Part shown: positions 31,031-36,282 of the stretch, in pieces
How positions within the stretch are numbered: position 1 is the first letter of the stretch
Layout of the letters: every line of letters begins with the position of its first letter
NCBI GenBank assembly: GCA_900617105.1
Contig: UYFQ01000308.1
Span: forward strand, 1-36,282
Reading direction: 5' to 3'
Source: Hydrurus foetidus
Lineage: Eukaryota
DNA: 36,282 bases
Program-made: the position numbers and the translations under genes
The notes under the pieces: generated by a model
Seen by the model: only the letters and a program-made list of their open reading frames with translations
Told to the model about the DNA's origin: nothing
The model's database searches: none

Positions 31031-34000
31031 TCATGTGTATTGTCGTGGGACAATGTTAGACATTTTATTTGCATGCAAGTAGTTGTGTACAACTGACACT
31101 TTTTTGACTTCAGCCCATGGCTCCCATGTGTCGTGTTCTGATGAATAGTTGTGCCACCTGATTAGGAATTCTAGACTTGTAACTTTTTTCGGATTCCCTC
31201 TGTGACTTACGACTGAATCAACAATATATTCTTCTCGGTCTAGAAGAGCTGCTGAGGTGGCAGCATCAGAGGAACCTACGAACAGTGTAACTCGGCTGGA
31301 ATGGAGCTTCAAGACAACGTTGGTGATGACGTGTCGGCAGGTAATATCATTTTTGTTTGCTTGATGACTTCGTAGGGCCCAAGGAGTTTCGGCGAGAGTT
31401 TGCTTGATCTGAAAGATTGTGGAGTCTCAAGTGGATTCCACAGTAGGTAATCTCCAGGTTGAAATTTGTTGTGTGTCGGTGTTTTAGCTAGCCGTTGAAG
31501 GCGGAGAGTTCGTTGGTATGATGATGTTATGGACCGGACGATAGCGAGATTACGGTCAAGGGCGATCACTAGATCACCGTAGGAGTGACCTGGTGACAGA
31601 GGAGGCGGTAATTTGAAGCGAGTATAGTCACGAGTTCCATACTTTAGTTCAGCTGGTGTTACACCGCCGATCTCTGCGTTAGGCATAGTCATCATGGCGT
31701 GGTTGATGAGAGGTAGCACAGTATCTGAGGCCCATTTGTTGGTGAATCGCTCATCATGGACGAGCCTTCGTAGATGTCCGAGAAAGAGGGCATTAACGTG
31801 CTCAGTGCCGTTAGATTCATGGCGTCCAACAAGAGATATGTGGTGAGGTATTCCGAGCCATCGGTTAAGATGGTCGAGAATGCCGGCGGTGAATGCACTA
31901 CCAGGGTCGGAGTAGATGGAGTCGTATGATCCAAAGGTACAGTAGTGTTTGAATAGGACAGTAGCAGCTGTGTAGGCACCGTAGTCTTTGACAGGATAGG
32001 CTTGGGGAAACTTTGTGTCAAGCTCTACGACGAGAAGAAGACCAATGTAGCCGTCCTCGTCTGTTGGAGTAACGGAGACGTGGTCGATCCCAATGGAGCG
32101 AGGATGATGGAATACGGTTTCTCGAACTTCGTTGTATGGGATGGTCTTTAGAGGAAGACGGTCCTTTTGACAGATAGGGCACTCATTCACTAGATCCTGG
32201 ACGACACGTAGAGGGATGCCGTGACCAGGGAATCGTCGACAGAGAACAAGGTAGGTACGCTTGGCACCGTGATGTAGGGATCGTCCACCGTGCACAGCAT
32301 CAAACATGTCGTTGATCGTGAGGGATTGTAACATGGGTGATAGGGAAGATGGTGGTTGAATGAGAGGGTGCATGCGCGACAACCAGTCTGCCACGTTGTT
32401 ATCCTTGCCAGGAATATGCTTAACTGTGAAGAGATAGCTCTGTAGGAGAACACGCCAGCGGACGACTATTGGAACCTGACTGGTCTCAATCCAGACTAAG
32501 TTTCTATGGTCCGTCTCAAGCAAGAATGGCTTGCCGCGTAGGTAGTATCCAAACTGAGTTACAGCGTAATATAATGCATACGCTTCTTTCTTGAATGTGT
32601 CCCAATTGACAGCAGCACCAGAGTACTTGTGCGAGGCGAAGGCGATGGGCTGATGAATGATAGTGTTTTGGGAGTCGGTGAACTCTTGAAACAGGACAGC
32701 TCCTACGGCATGGTCGGAGGAGTCGGATCGTATGATCCAAGGTAGTGCGTAATCGGGGAAGTGCAATGTGACGGAGTCAGTTATAGCGATCTTAAAGAGT
32801 TCGAAGAGATGTTCGTAGTCTTTAATCCATGTTGACTGATCCCAGTCAAACCCAGTTGCAGTGCACTCATACAAGTCAGACGCCCATGAGGCGAAGTTGG
32901 GGATATGTGTGTGGAAAAAATTAGCTGCTCCCAAGAAGCTCTGCATTTGCTTCTGTGTAGTAGGGAATATCATTGATGAGATGGCGCTTTTCCTTGCATC
33001 AGAGAGTTGCCAAGATCCCGGATGAACTTCGTATCCAAAGAAGGTAACCACATCAGTACCTATCCAAGACTTTTTCATTTTTAAAACAAGTCCATTACTC
33101 TGACAGCGGAGGAGCACTATCTTAAGTTTATTCAGAGCATCTTGATAGCATGAGGCGAGTACTAAGAAGTTGTCGAAGATAACTACAATCCAGTCTTCAA
33201 AATCTGCAAAGATTCTACGAACGACGGACTGAAGTATACCAGATGCAGGTCCTACACCTTCAGGAAGAAATTTCGGTCGGAAGAGGCCCCAGGGTGTAGA
33301 CACTGAAAGTAGGTTAGAACTGAAATCATCGATGGGAACTTGGTGGAAAGAATTTGTCATGTCAAGGTCGACAAATACTTTCCAGCCAGCAGCTTTCGCA
33401 AGTGATTGTTGGACATGGGGTATGGGTTCTTGCGGGATACTGATGTATGGATTGATGGGGCGATAGTCGCCACATAGCCGTATGAATGGAGCGGTTGCTT
33501 TCGGTGCAATGACAAGTGGGCATGCTATTGGGGATGTCGATGGTTCGTAGAAGTATGTGCGCATTCTATCGAATTCAGTTTTAGCGTCTTGATACAAGGC
33601 TTGTCGAACTGGGCGGGCTCGAGCTCTAAGTGAGTCAGGCATGCCAGGCTTTACATCAAGATGACATGGAGTCATGTCGATTCCTTTCCATGTGCTTGGG
33701 ACAAATACGTCGTACGCAAGTTCGGATTGGAGTAATTCCATTATTGCTGGACATGCAGCTTGCATTTGGGGAGTGACGTGGGTAGCTAGATCGATATTGT
33801 ATATGAGTCGAGCTTCCTTAACAGTTGTGGTAAGGTAGGCGAGGATATCATCAGGAAAGCTGGTTGGATCTGGAGTATTGAGCTCTTCTGGTGCCAAAGA
33901 ATCGATTGGTTTAGACCAAGGTTGGATGATATCACCAGGATCGGGATTGCTTAGAAGAGCACTCAAGATATCATATCGAATCTCTACACGATTGTCGGCG

Positions 34001-34778
34001 AAGACGTGGCCGAGACGAGGATGTGATAGTATATCTATTATGGTTCCATCCTGAAGAGCAAGTAGCTGGATTCGAGTGCTTACACTGTCGCATATCTTGT
34101 TTTACGCTGATGATACGCAGCATTGTGTTGTTGGAGAGAACGAGTTGCTCGTTCGATATCCTGAGGATTGCACTGACTGTGAAGTACTTGAACTTCGACT
34201 GTAAGATCTCTCAAATGTGTTTCAAGATCATTTGTTATCGAAAGTTCGCGAGATTTTGTTACAGAGTCTGCAAACAGATCATAGAATGGGCCGATGAGGT
34301 CAACTAAACCGATGATAATGTCATGACTGAGGACGTCAAGGACACTATACCATAAGGAGTGTTGATGATTATTATTGGCGGAATCTAGTATACCAACAGT
34401 AAGAGGAACCTCGAGCTCAATCGATAGGGAGCGTGCATCACCTAGGCGGACGATGCGATCAATGGAGCGACTGAGGTCAGTGATAGTTGAAGGTAGGCGG
34501 TCATAGACTTCACGGGAGATAAAGTTACTTCCTTGAGCTCCTGTATCAAGTAGACCGCGATCGAATAGGATTGGATCAGTATCAGTTATGATGATACCAG
34601 AGCGAATAAATGGTTGGCAAAGTGTCTGCGAGGGTGTTGAAGTGGCAGATGCTAGTTGGTTGAGTAAAGCTTCTGTAATAACGTTGTCGGGGTCAAAGAC
34701 ATTTGCGTGTTGTTGATCTGGGGGAGAGGCGAGGTGATCTTCCGTGTGCATTTCAGCCATGGAAGGCCTCGCGAACCC
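31031..34778 (-). CDS. Gypsy pol (protease, RT, RNase H, integrase, chromodomain) with two 1 nt frame breaks (~34100, ~31352)
   Basis: LLDTGA; RLCGDYR, DLDMTNSFHQ, IFDN; SDSSD, KEAYA, TDHRNL, NNVADWLSR; HHCC, D-D-E, GPY; chromodomain EYIVDSV...FLIRW...DTWEP. Confidence 0.92.
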
Positions 34779-36282
34779 CTATTTCTGATATGGGCGCGTC
34801 GGTGTTGACAATGGAGGAGGTCGTGCTGCTCCTGGCACTTGTGGGGGTCCATAGTGTTTGTATCCATGTGAGTTGCTCGTTTTAACTCCACTTGTCGGTT
34901 CCTGTTTGGGTGAAGACCACGGTTCTAGCTGTCCGTGCAGTAGCAATTCACGCTTGGTGAGAAGCGAGAAAGACTGAATACAGCGTTCCTGGCCGGCGGT
35001 TGAGTGGTCGAAGGTGCAGCCGGAATGTTGGCGAGCGCATTTGCCGTAGACGAATGCTTCACTGCAGTATCCACGGAAGGTTGCGGAAACAGCTGATCGG
35101 GACCGATGTTGATCGACATTGATCGCAAGAAGGGATTCATCCTCAGGGTCTAGTGTGTCGACACGATCCTGAGGTCTGTCTTCATGTACTTCATGAATCA
35201 GGTCATCTTCATCTTCGAGGTCTTCTTCGTTGCATGCATTCTCGGATGCATTGAACAGTGGGTTAGCAGACGTTGCTAGCGACGAGAAGTTTGATTGTGG
35301 ACGCTGATCGTATTTGCGAGGAGTGACAAATGGCTGACGACCTGTATTGGACACCTGATGTCGGGTATGAGATTCGCCTTGAGTGTATCTCAGATCTTCG
35401 TAGCGAATAGGAGTGAGCCTGGCGTCCAAGTCCTGTCGTGCTTCGCTTTGAGCACGACCTTCCATTAGTCGAGCCCGAACAAACTTGACTGCTTGTTCTA
35501 CAGACTTCTGCTTAATGAGCTCGTCCTTGCTGAGCCATTGCAAGATGGAGTCTTTCTGAGCACCAAGGGAGATGAGCCACAAAGCGATTTGGCCAGGGCT
35601 GTCTCTTGTGCCGTAACCAGGTACTGGCATCTTGGATTTGTTGGCGCTGTGATTTGAGGTTTCTTCAGACATCAGATCATGCAGATGGAGCAAGTCAGTG
35701 AGCGACTTCATTAGAGGGGCATAGAAGGTGCTAGAGAAGTTGTCGGTGCTGATTGATGGTGTCTGTGGTATTCCTTTGCCAAGAAACAATATAAGTTCCT
35801 TGGAGTACAATTCTTTTGTTCGAGGTCGTGCAGCTTCCACGAGGATAGCTTGAACCTCGGAGTTGGTTAAAGATAACCAATCTTCTACCATGACCTCGTT
35901 TGGTTCGGCGCCAGTAATAACTGACTCTCGATACTGGTGTGAGTTCCATGATGCCAATACGTGAGGGCGTAGATTGTATGAAACCATGTGGGCCATTTTG
36001 ATTTCACGTCCTGGATATTTGGAGGAAAGCAATTGAAGTTGGCGAGAAAGGTACTGGAGGCCTTCTAGAGAACTGATCTTGAGTTCCTTGTCGTAAACGA
36101 TGTCAGCTTGGAGGACTTGGATGTTTGGTTTGGTCGGCATGTCTGGTCTATCAGTGTTGTCTGGAAGTGATTCCAGATTGTTCGGTTGGTAGTGCGGCAT
36201 GCCGAAGAACATCGATGATCTTCTCCCGCGATTGCGATCAGGAAGTGGAGTATCGATGAACTCATCACGTAGTGGAGATTTA
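34779..36282 (-). CDS. Gypsy gag-like ORF (open to the window edge) with CCCH Zn-finger
   Basis: Long ORF in frame with the protease, ending in TAG; C-x8-C-x6-C-x3-H at 35066-35004. Assignment is by position. Confidence 0.8.
   Translation of the reverse strand, partial: KSPLRDEFIDTPLPDRNRGRRSSMFFGMPHYQPNNLESLPDNTDRPDMPTKPNIQVLQADIVYDKELKISSLEGLQYLSRQLQLLSSKYPGREIKMAHMVSYNLRPHVLASWNSHQYRESVITGAEPNEVMVEDWLSLTNSEVQAILVEAARPRTKELYSKELILFLGKGIPQTPSISTDNFSSTFYAPLMKSLTDLLHLHDLMSEETSNHSANKSKMPVPGYGTRDSPGQIALWLISLGAQKDSILQWLSKDELIKQKSVEQAVKFVRARLMEGRAQSEARQDLDARLTPIRYEDLRYTQGESHTRHQVSNTGRQPFVTPRKYDQRPQSNFSSLATSANPLFNASENACNEEDLEDEDDLIHEVHEDRPQDRVDTLDPEDESLLAINVDQHRSRSAVSATFRGYCSEAFVYGKCARQHSGCTFDHSTAGQERCIQSFSLLTKRELLLHGQLEPWSSPKQEPTSGVKTSNSHGYKHYGPPQVPGAARPPPLSTPTRPYQK

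Larger units (their letters stand above)
29008..36282 (-). mobile_element. Ty3/Gypsy LTR retrotransposon with chromodomain; 5' end beyond the window
   Basis: Domain order gag-PR-RT-RH-INT-chromo, long 3' region, PPT GGAAAGGGGTGG (29359-29348) and candidate 3' LTR. Confidence 0.93.

Overview
Eukaryotic nuclear DNA with spliceosomal introns. An Lhcx-type light-harvesting gene with an 'SA-F' bipartite plastid presequence points to a photosynthetic alga with a secondary red plastid, probably an ochrophyte. Three host genes are present: a secreted Pro/Thr-repeat protein ending in a Hedgehog-type Hint/Hog module, Lhcx, and mitochondrial-type bL36. They sit among dense, nested transposons. (1) A 5'-truncated split-direct-repeat tyrosine-recombinase retrotransposon (Ngaro/PAT-like) lies between two copies of a ~690 bp duplication. 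(2) A 162 bp MITE occurs once empty (5614-5775) and once split by three insertions with clean TSDs: a hAT element and two head-to-head copies of its own PIF/Harbinger-superfamily (Pangu-like, ANT TSD) parent. (3) Further right are a Foldback/MULE-like element, a P2X7-ballast-like pseudogene, and a Copia fragment interrupted by a chromodomain Ty3/Gypsy element. Two candidates for undescribed biology stand out. The Harbinger-type element carries a third gene encoding a Zn-finger + 2OG-Fe(II) dioxygenase, and its two copies have reciprocal deletions. The Gypsy element carries an antisense papain-like ORF, an in-frame UAG gag-pol junction and a non-canonical IFDN RT motif. All calls come from reading motifs by eye; no searches were run.
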